From the NCBI GenBank assembly GCA_963721525.1, contig CAVRJL010000015.1:32001-96000 (forward strand): a stretch of DNA of 64,000 bases, read 5' to 3'. The notes under the pieces are model-generated. The model did no database searches and was not told the DNA's origin. It worked only from the letters and a program-made list of their open reading frames with translations. Every line of letters starts with the position of its first letter. The first letter of the stretch is position 1. A program made the position numbers and the translations under genes. Shown in pieces: positions 31,347 to 41,477 of the stretch. This DNA is from an uncultured Negativicutes bacterium (GTDB lineage: Bacteria > Bacillota > Negativicutes > JBAXTZ01).

Positions 31347-32188
31347 TAAATTTGTTTTTCTAAATTTTTTTCTACCCCTTTTATAATCCAATCTGGAGTC
31401 GATGCTCCAGCTGTTATTCCTACTATATTTTTATTTTTAAACCATTCGATTTTTAATTCGTCAGGTTGTTCAATATGGTAAACTATACAAGAAAATTGTT
31501 TGCATAATTGAGCTAGATGTTTTGTATTAGCACTATGCTTTCCACCTATTACTAACATTATATCACTTTGTTTTGCAACTTCCACTGCTGCTGCCTGACG
31601 TCTTATTGTTGCTAAACAAGTTGTTCTTTTTACTTTTATGTTTTTACATCTTTTTTTAAACTCAGTTATTATCGCATTAAATTGCTCACCTATAAAAGTG
31701 GTTTGCGCTACAATACCCACGCAATCTAATGTTGGTAGGTTATTTACTTCATCTACATCTCCTATTACATAATAATTCCTTCCAGACCACTCCATAATGC
31801 TTTTTACCTCCGGATGGTTTTTATCTCCGACTATTATAACATGTTTAACCTCCATAGCCGATTTATAAGCTTCATTTTGTACTTTTTTAACATCAGGGCA
31901 AGTGGCATCTACTATTTTAAAATTTTTCTTTCTTCCTATTTCATAAATTTTAGGGCCCACTCCATGAGAACTTATTACAATTGTTCCTTCATTTTTTTCT
32001 TCTAAAGAATTACATACTATTATATTATGTTCTTCCAGCCATCTAACAACTTGTTTATTATGAATTAGTTCCCCTAACGTTTCTACGGGTGTATTTTTAT
32101 TGGTAACTGCAGCGGCTTTTATTGCTAGATCAACCGCTCTTTTTACCCCGTAGCAAAACCCCATATGCTGTGCTTTGATAACCTTCAT
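31346..32188 (-). CDS. ispH: HMBPP reductase
   Basis: GFCYGVKRA, IHN, SHG, DATCP, HPEV, QTT, SANT, TAGASTP. Confidence 0.97.
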   Translation of the reverse strand: MKVIKAQHMGFCYGVKRAVDLAIKAAAVTNKNTPVETLGELIHNKQVVRWLEEHNIIVCNSLEEKNEGTIVISSHGVGPKIYEIGRKKNFKIVDATCPDVKKVQNEAYKSAMEVKHVIIVGDKNHPEVKSIMEWSGRNYYVIGDVDEVNNLPTLDCVGIVAQTTFIGEQFNAIITEFKKRCKNIKVKRTTCLATIRRQAAAVEVAKQSDIMLVIGGKHSANTKHLAQLCKQFSCIVYHIEQPDELKIEWFKNKNIVGITAGASTPDWIIKGVEKNLEKQI

Positions 32189-32785
32189 TTATTTATGCTG
32201 CTCCAATAAATTTAAAATACTATTGTAAAGTTCTTTAGTAAGATTAACTACCCCTTGTTCATCTTTAGAATATTTTTTTGAATCTATCGGTTTACCGAAG
32301 ACTACTTTTATTTTGCTTAAAAAAAATAGCTTTCTCGTACTTATTATAACTGTAGGTACAATTAAAACATTTGTTTTAATTGCAACAAGCGCCGCTCCCT
32401 TATTAAATGTTTGTATTTGATTATTACGATTATTACGTGTGCCTTCGGGGAAAATTCCCAAAGTTTTTCCTAACTTAATTATTCTTATCGCTTGTCGAAG
32501 AGCTAAAGCTGCACTACTTGTTTTACTTCTTTCTACAGGAAAAACATCGAATTTTTTTAATAAACACGAAATAAAAGGGTTTTTAAATAATTCTGCTTTT
32601 GCCATATAAGCTAAATTTACCCTAAAAGGTACTACGCAACCCACAATTAGAGGATCTAAGGCGTGAAAATGATTTGCCGCGATTATACAAGCACTGTTTG
32701 GCATATTTTTTCGTCCTATAACTTTTAATCTGAATATAATTCTAAAAATAATTTCTACGATAATTTTAGAAACAAACTTTAACAC
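32189..32785 (-). CDS. plsC: 1-acyl-sn-glycerol-3-phosphate acyltransferase
   Basis: NHxxxxD, MAKAELF, IFPEGTR. Confidence 0.92.
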   Translation of the reverse strand: MLKFVSKIIVEIIFRIIFRLKVIGRKNMPNSACIIAANHFHALDPLIVGCVVPFRVNLAYMAKAELFKNPFISCLLKKFDVFPVERSKTSSAALALRQAIRIIKLGKTLGIFPEGTRNNRNNQIQTFNKGAALVAIKTNVLIVPTVIISTRKLFFLSKIKVVFGKPIDSKKYSKDEQGVVNLTKELYNSILNLLEQHK

Positions 32786-33450
32786 AAATATTCCTTATAT
32801 AAAGTCATTATTTTATTTATTATTTCCTTAGCAGTTGTATTTGTAGTATCAATCTCCACAGCATCATAGGCTTTAACTAAAGGCGAGATTTCCCTCATAC
32901 TATCTAATAAATCACGTTCTATTATATTTTTCTTTAAACTTTCATAATCTATTGACATCCCTTTCTTTTTTAACTGATAATGTCGACGCTTTATTCTTTC
33001 ATTAATATCTGCATCAAGAAATATTTTTAATTCCGCATCAGGTAACACAACTGTTCCTATATCTCTGCCTTCAATTATTATACCACCTGCCACGCTTAAT
33101 TGTTTTTGTATTTTTAGCAAAACTTGTCTAACTACTTTTGATCTTGCTATTAATGATACATAATTGGATACTTTAGGGTTTCTTATCTCTTTAGTTATAT
33201 CTTGCTTATTTGCAAATACGAACGTTTTTGCCTTTTCATATTTTACCAATATATTATATTTATATATAAGCTTTTGTAGTTTCTCTTCTTCAGAATATTT
33301 AATGTTCTCTTTAAGGGCTATCCAGCAAATAGCGCGATACATAGCTCCAGTGTCTAAATATTCGTAATTCAACTTATTTGCTAGTAGCTTAGCTATGGTG
33401 CTTTTTCCTGCTCCAGCAGGTCCGTCTATAGCAATGCAGATTTTTTTCAT
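32779..33450 (-). CDS. cmk: Cytidylate kinase
   Basis: IAIDGPAGAGKST, DTGAMYR, EGRDIGTVV. Confidence 0.97.
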   Translation of the reverse strand: MKKICIAIDGPAGAGKSTIAKLLANKLNYEYLDTGAMYRAICWIALKENIKYSEEEKLQKLIYKYNILVKYEKAKTFVFANKQDITKEIRNPKVSNYVSLIARSKVVRQVLLKIQKQLSVAGGIIIEGRDIGTVVLPDAELKIFLDADINERIKRRHYQLKKKGMSIDYESLKKNIIERDLLDSMREISPLVKAYDAVEIDTTNTTAKEIINKIMTLYKEYLC

Positions 33451-33481
33451 AGTTTATCGTCACCTTACATAAATATATATT

Positions 33482-34726
33482 TTAATAATTATTTAACGCT
33501 GCATCTTTCCCAGCAACATATCCTGTAGTAAAGGCTATTTGTAAATTATATCCCCCTGTATTTGCGTCAACATCGATTGTTTCGCCTACAAAATATAATC
33601 CTTTTACTTTTTTGCACATTAACGTTTGTGTTTCAAGTTCTTTTACACAAATACCTCCTACAGTGACTATTGACTCGCTTATAGGCCTTTTCCCTTTCAA
33701 TTGTATAGGAAAACTTTGTAATAAATAAACGATTGTCAAACGTTCTTTTTTAGTTAATTGACTTACTTGTTTATATTCATTAATTCCGCTCAATTTTACA
33801 AAAATCGGTATAATAGCTAAAGGCAATAACTTATTTAAAGAATTTTTAAAATATTTTTTAGAAAATTTCTCAAAATCTCTTATTACTCGCGCTTCTAATT
33901 GTTGTAAATTTAATGCCGGTTTTAAATTTAAATTTATCTGCCATTTATCTTTATTAAAATCAGCATTTAGTAATTTTCTGCTTATTGTTAATATAATTGG
34001 CCCACTCAATCCAAAATCTGTAAATAATAATTCTCCAAATTTTTCATCAATTTTTTTATCATTTTTGTATAAAGAAACTTTTATATTGTTCAAATTTAAG
34101 CCTTCTAAAGTTTTTATCCAGCTGTTTAACGATACTAAAGGAACAAGCGCAGGTTTGGGTTCGACAACTTTGATATTAAGTTTGTTTGCCATTTTTATTC
34201 CATCTCCGGTAGAACCTGTACCTGGATAAGATAATCCGCCTGTTGCAATAATTATTCTATCTGAATTAATTTTTTTATCGTCAGATAAGATAATTGATTT
34301 TACTTTATTATTACTAATTTTAATTTCTTTTACTTTTGTTTTAATGTAAGTTGAAACTTTATATTGTCTCAAGATTTTTTTGAATGTTTCTACTACATCA
34401 GTTGCATTATCGCTTTCAGGGAAAACTCGTCCGCCTCGTTCTACTTTTAATTTTAAACCGTGCTGTTTAAAAAAATTCATCAGATCTTTATTGTTAAATT
34501 TAGCTAAAGCACTATATAAAAAAACTCCGTTGCCGGGAACATTTTTTATAAATTTATCTAATTCGCAAATATTAGTAATATTGCATCTACCTTTTCCTGT
34601 TATTTTAAGTTTTTTCCCTAAAATATCGTTTTTTTCCAATAACAACACTTGTGCTCCATATTTAGCTGCAGTTATCGCAGCCATTAATCCTGAAGCTCCC
34701 GCACCAACAACTACAACTTTTACCAT
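33482..34726 (-). CDS. HI0933/BaiN-family flavoprotein
   Basis: GAGASG, GKKLKITGKGRCNITN, GGLSYPGTGSTGDG, TGGYNLQ. Confidence 0.93.
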   Translation of the reverse strand: MVKVVVVGAGASGLMAAITAAKYGAQVLLLEKNDILGKKLKITGKGRCNITNICELDKFIKNVPGNGVFLYSALAKFNNKDLMNFFKQHGLKLKVERGGRVFPESDNATDVVETFKKILRQYKVSTYIKTKVKEIKISNNKVKSIILSDDKKINSDRIIIATGGLSYPGTGSTGDGIKMANKLNIKVVEPKPALVPLVSLNSWIKTLEGLNLNNIKVSLYKNDKKIDEKFGELLFTDFGLSGPIILTISRKLLNADFNKDKWQINLNLKPALNLQQLEARVIRDFEKFSKKYFKNSLNKLLPLAIIPIFVKLSGINEYKQVSQLTKKERLTIVYLLQSFPIQLKGKRPISESIVTVGGICVKELETQTLMCKKVKGLYFVGETIDVDANTGGYNLQIAFTTGYVAGKDAALNNY

Positions 34727-34742
34727 ATACGCCTTTCAATAA

Positions 34743-35495
34743 TCAACTGTTTAACGGTTCCATCAACTTTTTATTTACTAATTCAAACAATTTTTTTATC
34801 TCTTTTTTTTGCAATCTTCTATATTGTCCACGACGGATTCCTTTCAAATCTAAAAAAGCGAATTTAGTTCTTACTAAAGACCTTATCCTAAAGCCAAATT
34901 TTTCCAGCATTCTTCTTACTTGCCTATTTTTACCTTCGCAAATAGAAATTTCTAACTCGCTCATCTTTTTAACTTCATCTGTAATTAGCATATTTATTTG
35001 TTCAGGAATTATAACATAGTTGTCAAGTTCAATACCTGCTTTCAATTGTTCCATTTGTGCTCTATTTGGTATCGAATCTATTTTTACTTTATATGTTTTT
35101 TTTATTTTATATTTAGGGTGTATTAACTTATTGGCCAAATTACCGTCATTTGTAAGTAATAATAATCCTTCAGTATTATAATCAAGCCTGCCTATAGGAA
35201 AAATTCTTTCTTTAATATTAGGGAAATAATCTAGCACTGTTTTTCTTTCAAATTGATCGCTACAAGTTGTAACAATACCTTTTGACTTATGAAATAATAA
35301 ATATACTTTTTTTTGAAGTGTAAGTAATCTATCATTTACTTTTATTCTGTCTTTTTCCATATCTGCGCATACACCAAGTTTATTAACTATTTTATCGTTT
35401 ATTGTTACTTTTTCAGCTAATATTAATTTTTCGGCAGCTCTCCTTGACATTAATCCAGATAAAGCTATTAACTTTTGTAATCGTTCTTTTACCAT
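34743..35495 (-). CDS. rluB: rRNA pseudouridine synthase (RluB-like)
   Basis: S4 domain ERLQK...SRRAAE, GRLDYNTEGLLLLTNDG, EGKNRQVRRM. Confidence 0.9.
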   Translation of the reverse strand: MVKERLQKLIALSGLMSRRAAEKLILAEKVTINDKIVNKLGVCADMEKDRIKVNDRLLTLQKKVYLLFHKSKGIVTTCSDQFERKTVLDYFPNIKERIFPIGRLDYNTEGLLLLTNDGNLANKLIHPKYKIKKTYKVKIDSIPNRAQMEQLKAGIELDNYVIIPEQINMLITDEVKKMSELEISICEGKNRQVRRMLEKFGFRIRSLVRTKFAFLDLKGIRRGQYRRLQKKEIKKLFELVNKKLMEPLNS

Positions 35496-35599
35496 TATTT
35501 CCTCAATTTTACAACTTTATAATTTATTTATAAAGCTATAAATTATTTTTACCAAAAAAACAAAAAGCAATTTTCTTTTAATCGTTTTATTTGATACTA

Positions 35600-35980
35600 A
35601 TAGAATAGATTAAGTTTTCTTTTTGTAAAAACATACATCTAGTTGCTTTACTTGTTAATCATATCTTATCGGTGCATTAACTTTATTTTTCAAATTAGGT
35701 TTCAGTGTTATGCCTACAACATAAAAATTACCCTTACCTTGCATTTTTACTTTACTGAATATTGTCTTTTTATTTCACAATTTTTCACTTTTAACAGAGA
35801 AACCATAATTTAATATTTTTGCCGTATATTCCCAGTTATTATCATCACTTAAAACAACGGCTCTTAATTAAATTCTATTATTTTTCCCCTACTATTAAAC
35901 AAGACCCTGTATTTTTAATATAACCTGTTTTATCGCTATTACAATCTATATACCTCCAAAGTATTTTATTTTCTACTAAA
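35600..35980 (-). pseudogene. D-Ala-D-Ala carboxypeptidase (DacB-like) C-terminal relic
   Basis: ENKILWRY...DKTGYIKNTGSCL, LRAVVLS...WEYTAKILNYGFS, VNAPI; frameshifts and stops, N-terminus missing. Confidence 0.75.
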
Positions 35981-36049
35981 CCAAAATTAAAAAGCGCTAA
36001 CCATGCTCAAAAGAACTCCCAAATTTTAAAAGCAGTTTATTAAGAATAC

Positions 36050-36697
36050 TCATTTCCCTTTCATCTTCTTTATTATTAAATAAGGATCTTGTACGTTAAA
36101 TATCGCAGACCCAGTAACTAAAATTTGTGCCCCTGCTTCAATCGATTTTTGGGCCCAATGAATATTTATTCCGCCATCTACCTCAATTAGAGCTCTACTA
36201 TTTCTCCTTTTTAAAAGTTTTTTTAATGTTCTTATTTTATTTAATGAATTTTCTATGAAGGTTTGTCCTCCAAAACCAGGGTTAACACTCATTATTAATA
36301 TCAAATCCGTATCATTTACTATTTCTTCTATATCACTCAATGATGTTTCAGGGTTAATAGATACTCCTGCTTTACATCCTAAACCTTTTATTTGCTTTAC
36401 TAATTTTTGTAAATGTTTCACTGCTTCAACATGTACGGTTATATAGTCTGCGCCTGCAATCGCAAATTCTTTTATATAACGTTCAGGATGTTCTATCATT
36501 AAATGTACATCAAATACTTTGTTAGTTGCTTTTCTCAAATATTTAACCATTCTAGGACCAAAAGTAATATTTGGTACAAACATTCCGTCCATAATATCAA
36601 TATGTATCCAATCAGTTCCTAAATTAGACATATTTTTTACTTCAAATAATAAATTTCCTAGGTCAGCAGCAAGAATCGATGCCGCAATTTTTACCAT
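36050..36697 (-). CDS. rpe: Ribulose-phosphate 3-epimerase
   Basis: HIDIMDG.FVPN, DVHLM, MSVNPGFGGQ, EVDGG. Confidence 0.97.
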   Translation of the reverse strand: MVKIAASILAADLGNLLFEVKNMSNLGTDWIHIDIMDGMFVPNITFGPRMVKYLRKATNKVFDVHLMIEHPERYIKEFAIAGADYITVHVEAVKHLQKLVKQIKGLGCKAGVSINPETSLSDIEEIVNDTDLILIMSVNPGFGGQTFIENSLNKIRTLKKLLKRRNSRALIEVDGGINIHWAQKSIEAGAQILVTGSAIFNVQDPYLIIKKMKGK

Positions 36698-36705
36698 ACA
36701 AGCTC

Positions 36706-38631
36706 CTAAAAATCTTTTTCTTTTACTATATTTCCATTCAAAATAATTTGGTACTTACCTCTACCTACTGTATTTATAAATTTTTTTATTATATCTCCAG
36801 CTTTGTTGATATTATCATATACTATATTTTCTCCTTTATTATCAAATATTATAATTTTTATTCTTTGCTGTTTTAAACTATTTGGGACAATATAACTGAT
36901 ATTTATGCCTTCTCGAATTGTATTATTGTTTGAAATATCGATATCTATTGTACTGCCACTTAAAATTGGCTTGCCGGCAGCAGGAATTTGATTTATTATT
37001 ATACCATTTGCATTTTGATAAGATTGAATTTCGTTGATTTTTCCAAATTTAAGTTTCATTGAAGAGAGAATTCCCATAGCTTGAATTTTATTTTTACCTA
37101 TAATATTGGGAACTGTTATTTTACTAATATTTTCTTTACCTATTATTATCTGTATTTTTTGTCCTTTAACTACCCGATTACCTGCATATGGATCCTGATA
37201 AAGAATCTTTCCGCTGTCTATAGCATAAGACTCAACTTCTCCTATTTTTTCCAATCTTAATCTGAGAATATTTAAAATATTGATTGCTTCTTCTTTTTTT
37301 AATCCTTTTAAATTTGGTACAATAATATATGCATTTTCCTTTTTCTTAATATATGCATTTTCCTTTTCCTTTCCCTTACTAACAGTTAACTTTACTGTTT
37401 GTCTTTCTTTTACAATTTTACCTGGTTCAGGATTTTGAGAAATGATAGTTCCTATCGGAATACTTGCGCTATATGTTTCCACAATATTTACGCGTAAATT
37501 TTGGTCAATCAAAATATTTTCTCCAATGTCAAGTTGTTTTCCCTTAACATCAGCAACTACAACGTCTTTATTAACGAAAAACTTACTATAAGATAATAAC
37601 ACTCCTGTTGTAAATCCAATTAAGGATAGGAACAAAATAGCTATTATTATAAAGGTTTGCGATTTTTTTCTGTTGTTATTCTCAATGTTGCCTTTTTCTT
37701 TTTTTTTATCTGTCAAAGTATTATTTATTTTAGGTATTTTTACTAATTTAGTCGCAGTTTCTTTATCTTCTTTAAAATTATTGGCTTTATATTGTGTTAA
37801 ACTTGTTTTTATATCTTCTATAAATTCTTCAATGTTAATATATCGCGCAGTTATTTCTTTTTCTATTGACATATTAACAATAGCCGCTATTTTCCTCGAA
37901 ATATTGTTATTAACTTTTTTTACAGATTGAGGAATTTCCTGTATGTGTTTTAAAGCTATACTTATAGGCGTTTCTCCAGTAAATGGTACTGTACCTGTCA
38001 ACATTTCATATAATACTATTCCCAGTGAATATATATCAGATTGATGATTTACGCTTATTCCTTTAGCTTGTTCAGGCGAAATATAATGCACAGACCCGAG
38101 AATGGTGTCCGTGCAAGCAAGTGTTGCTGAAGTAATTGCGCGCGCTATTCCAAAATCGGCAACTTTTACAATTTCAGCTTCATTAATAAGAATATTGTGA
38201 GGTTTAATATCGCAATGAACTATATTATTCATATGCGCTATTTTTAATGCTTGAGCTATTTGTAGCGCAATGTTTAAAGCTTGAGTTATAGAAAATTTTT
38301 CTTCTCGTTGGAGTTTTTCTTTTAATGTTTCTCCTTTAATGTATTCCATTATTATGTAGTATACGTTATTTTCCACCCCAACATCAAATATATTTACTAT
38401 ATTAGGATGTATCAATTTAGCAGCAGATTGTGCTTCGCAGCGAAAACGCTTAATGAAATCGCTATCATTTATATATTCTTCTCTTAAAATTTTTACTGCA
38501 ACTTCTCGTTGTAATGAATTATCATAACCTCTATAAACTTCAGCCATACCGCCGCCGCCTATATACGCAATTAGTTTATAACGGCCGTTTTTTCCAAAAG
38601 TTTTACCTTCTAAATTCACAAAATCCTCCAA
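36706..38631 (-). CDS. pknB: PASTA-domain Ser/Thr kinase (PknB/PrkC)
   Basis: GGGGMAEVY, VAVK, HCDIKPHN, DFGIA, TM, three PASTA repeats. Confidence 0.95.
   Translation of the reverse strand: MEDFVNLEGKTFGKNGRYKLIAYIGGGGMAEVYRGYDNSLQREVAVKILREEYINDSDFIKRFRCEAQSAAKLIHPNIVNIFDVGVENNVYYIIMEYIKGETLKEKLQREEKFSITQALNIALQIAQALKIAHMNNIVHCDIKPHNILINEAEIVKVADFGIARAITSATLACTDTILGSVHYISPEQAKGISVNHQSDIYSLGIVLYEMLTGTVPFTGETPISIALKHIQEIPQSVKKVNNNISRKIAAIVNMSIEKEITARYINIEEFIEDIKTSLTQYKANNFKEDKETATKLVKIPKINNTLTDKKKEKGNIENNNRKKSQTFIIIAILFLSLIGFTTGVLLSYSKFFVNKDVVVADVKGKQLDIGENILIDQNLRVNIVETYSASIPIGTIISQNPEPGKIVKERQTVKLTVSKGKEKENAYIKKKENAYIIVPNLKGLKKEEAINILNILRLRLEKIGEVESYAIDSGKILYQDPYAGNRVVKGQKIQIIIGKENISKITVPNIIGKNKIQAMGILSSMKLKFGKINEIQSYQNANGIIINQIPAAGKPILSGSTIDIDISNNNTIREGINISYIVPNSLKQQRIKIIIFDNKGENIVYDNINKAGDIIKKFINTVGRGKYQIILNGNIVKEKDF
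37323..37370. repeat. In-frame 24-bp tandem duplication in pknB
   Basis: taatatatgcattttcctttt(t/c)ct x2, giving KEKENAYI-KKKENAYI. Confidence 0.85.
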
Positions 38632-38664
38632 TTTCTTTGAAAATAGAACTGTTCCAATTAAAAG

Positions 38665-39371
38665 TTAATTAATATATCTTATTAATATTACTGTTATATT
38701 ATCACTACCCCCATTAAAGTTTGCTTGCTCAATCAGTCTATTCACTTTTTTTCTATGCTAAATTCGTTTTCTAATATTTTTACAATTTTTTCATGATTAA
38801 CCATATTAGTAAGTCCGTCTGTGCATAGTAATAAAAAATCTTCTTTCTGTATATTTAAAACTCCTTTATCTATTCTAATGGTATTTCTCATTCCTAAAGA
38901 ATAAAGCAAAATGTTTCTTTTAGGATGGATTTCTGCTTCTTTTTTAGTCAATAAACCTTTTTCTACCATCATCCTGATATAAGAATGATCTACCGTAATT
39001 TGTTTTAGTTTTCCGCTGCGATATAAATACAATCTACTATCCCCTATATGAGCCCAATATGCTTTTTCTTTATTAATAGCTAATGCTGTTGCTGTAGTAC
39101 CCATACCGACACATGATTGCAATTTTGATTGTTTTATTATAATTTCATTTGCTTTTATAAAAGCTTCTTTAAGTATAATAGCAATTTTTTTTTCGTGCTT
39201 AAAATGTGCAGCTGATTTTTTTATTGTTTCTACAGCTATATTACTTGCAACTTCACCTGCTATATGTCCTCCCATACCATCAGCAACAATAAAAAAATCT
39301 TTTTCTGCAAAAAAACAATCTTCATTATTTCCCCTTATTTTCCCTATATTTGTTTTACCGACAAACTGCAT
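38665..39371 (-). CDS. stp: PP2C phosphatase Stp1/PrpC, -1 frameshift in A7 tract at 38746-38752
   Basis: RGNNED, VADGMGGH, GMGTT, HIGDSR, LCTDGL; adding one A gives ...IEKKVNRLIEQANFNGGSDNITVIL with the conserved DNIT motif. Confidence 0.9.
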
Positions 39372-39394
39372 AATAACCTCGTTAAAATAAAAAA

Positions 39395-40738
39395 TCATTC
39401 TACTTTCTGAAGTAAAGCAAAAAAAAATCCGTCTGTTCTATCCTCAAACGGAAGCATTTTAATAAAATTGCCACTTTTTTGTTTACATGGTAGTCTTTTT
39501 GAAGCATTTAGTACTTTAAAATTATTATTAACAGACAAAAATTTTTTTATAACATTTTCATTTTCGTCAACTTCCAAAGTACAAGTAGAATACAAAATTT
39601 CTCCTCCTGATTTAATTACCTTTGAAGCCTTATTTAACATATCAAACTGTAATTTTGGTAAATGCTGTATTTTATCTAAATTTTTATTCCAACGTAAGTC
39701 AGCTTTTTTACGCAATATGCCTAAACCAGAACATGGTACGTCTAAGAGAAGTTTATCAACTTGGTTTTCATATTTATTTCCTAAGTTATACGAGTTAATT
39801 AACATAGGTTTTATAATATCTATACCGCATAAAACGGTATTTTGTTTTAAAAGCTTTAATTTATGATCATAAATATCACAGCTTATAACTTTACCTTTAT
39901 TCCCCATCAAAATAGCAATATGCGTAGATTTACCACCTGGAGCGGCACAAGCGTCAATAATAAATTGTCCAGGCTTAGGCTCTAAAATATGTGCAGCAAG
40001 TTGAGAGCTTTCGTCTTGAATAACAGCTAAGCCTAATTTCAATTCCTCGAAATTCGCCATACTAATAGAATAATCTATTAATATACCTTCAGGCGTCCAC
40101 ACAGACTCATGTGCCACTTGTTTTTGTTTATTCAATTTTACAAGGAGTTTTTCTCTTGTTATCCGCAAAGTATTAGTGCGTATACTAAGAAATGAAGGGT
40201 TATTATTAAATTGGCAAAATTTTTCCGTATTTTCAAAACCAAATTCATTTAACCATTTTTCTATAAGCCATTCGGGATGAAAATATTTCAACGATAAAAA
40301 CTTACTTGTAAAATTTTTTTTATCAGGATATTTTATTTTTTTAGGGATTCTAACTGCTGATCTCAAAACCGCATTGATAAACTTACTGGCTCCTATATTA
40401 CAATATTTTTTTGCTAAATTAACTGACTCATTACAAGCAGCAGATGCTGGTATCTTATTCATTAAAAATAATTGGTAGAAACCCAACCTTAAAATATTTA
40501 ACGCTTGATTTTCAATACCGGCAAAATTTTTAACATAAAAACTAATCATCCAATCAAGCGTTTTTTGAGCTCGTGTAACGCCATAAGTTAGTTCTGTAAA
40601 CAGTTTTCTATCTAAATCTGATATTTTATATTTATTTAATATTTTTGTTAATATTATATTAGAATAAGCGCCTTTGTTTACAATTTCATTAAAAGCGATT
40701 AAAGAGGCTTCTCTTGCTGATATTTTTTGTTTATTCAA
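39395..40738 (-). CDS. rsmB: 16S rRNA m5C967 methyltransferase
   Basis: NusB-like domain, IQDESS, DACAAPGGKS, DVPCSG, YSTCT. Confidence 0.95.
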   Translation of the reverse strand: MNKQKISAREASLIAFNEIVNKGAYSNIILTKILNKYKISDLDRKLFTELTYGVTRAQKTLDWMISFYVKNFAGIENQALNILRLGFYQLFLMNKIPASAACNESVNLAKKYCNIGASKFINAVLRSAVRIPKKIKYPDKKNFTSKFLSLKYFHPEWLIEKWLNEFGFENTEKFCQFNNNPSFLSIRTNTLRITREKLLVKLNKQKQVAHESVWTPEGILIDYSISMANFEELKLGLAVIQDESSQLAAHILEPKPGQFIIDACAAPGGKSTHIAILMGNKGKVISCDIYDHKLKLLKQNTVLCGIDIIKPMLINSYNLGNKYENQVDKLLLDVPCSGLGILRKKADLRWNKNLDKIQHLPKLQFDMLNKASKVIKSGGEILYSTCTLEVDENENVIKKFLSVNNNFKVLNASKRLPCKQKSGNFIKMLPFEDRTDGFFFALLQKVE

Positions 40739-41477
40739 CTTTTAAAAACTTCCTTATTTTTCTCTTTAATTCCTCAATACTAACATCTGTATTTATGCAA
40801 GGCCCATTTAATCGTTTATTAAGTATACCTACTATCGGCAAAGGGAATATATCCATAATACCACTTATTAAATCCCTTTCGCATGCCACTGCAAGCAAAG
40901 CTTTAGGTTTAATTTCTTTAATAACTTTACGCGCCAATGTTCCTCCTGTTGCGATAAATAATCTTATGCTATATAATTTTTTTATTTCCAATATCTCTTT
41001 TATTTTACACTTTCCGCATTTTATACAATTTTCGGGATTTATAGTTATCCTTATTTTACATTGCGAATTTTGTATACAATGTGGAATTAAGAGCAATAAT
41101 TCTTTAGGTTTTATTTTTTTTTTTAAATATAAGCTATTGTTAAAAGCAATAAAAGATTGTTGTATCTTATTTTGTTCATTTTTAAAAATTTTTCCTATAA
41201 CAATAATTGTATAAAAAAATAAACAAATGTACACCCAGATATGCTCAAAAAGTTTTTGCCATATCTTATAACCTTTTACCGCAAATATTGCTGTTATTAG
41301 AATACATAACAAATAAAATTCAACCAATATAATTAAATACGTAAAAATTTGCCCTATGTTAACATTTATAAAAGTTAAACTAGCAATACTTATTTTCCAA
41401 AGTGCAATAAATATTATCATTTTTACTATTAATAGAGTACAAAAGCAACGTATAAATAAGTAAGGACTTTCAAACAA
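40731..41477 (-). CDS. DUF116 family protein
   Basis: LLIPHCIQ, CIKCGKC, ATGGTLAR, AVACERDL, GPCINT; between fmt and rsmB. Confidence 0.88.
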   Translation of the reverse strand: MFESPYLFIRCFCTLLIVKMIIFIALWKISIASLTFINVNIGQIFTYLIILVEFYLLCILITAIFAVKGYKIWQKLFEHIWVYICLFFYTIIVIGKIFKNEQNKIQQSFIAFNNSLYLKKKIKPKELLLLIPHCIQNSQCKIRITINPENCIKCGKCKIKEILEIKKLYSIRLFIATGGTLARKVIKEIKPKALLAVACERDLISGIMDIFPLPIVGILNKRLNGPCINTDVSIEELKRKIRKFLKVE

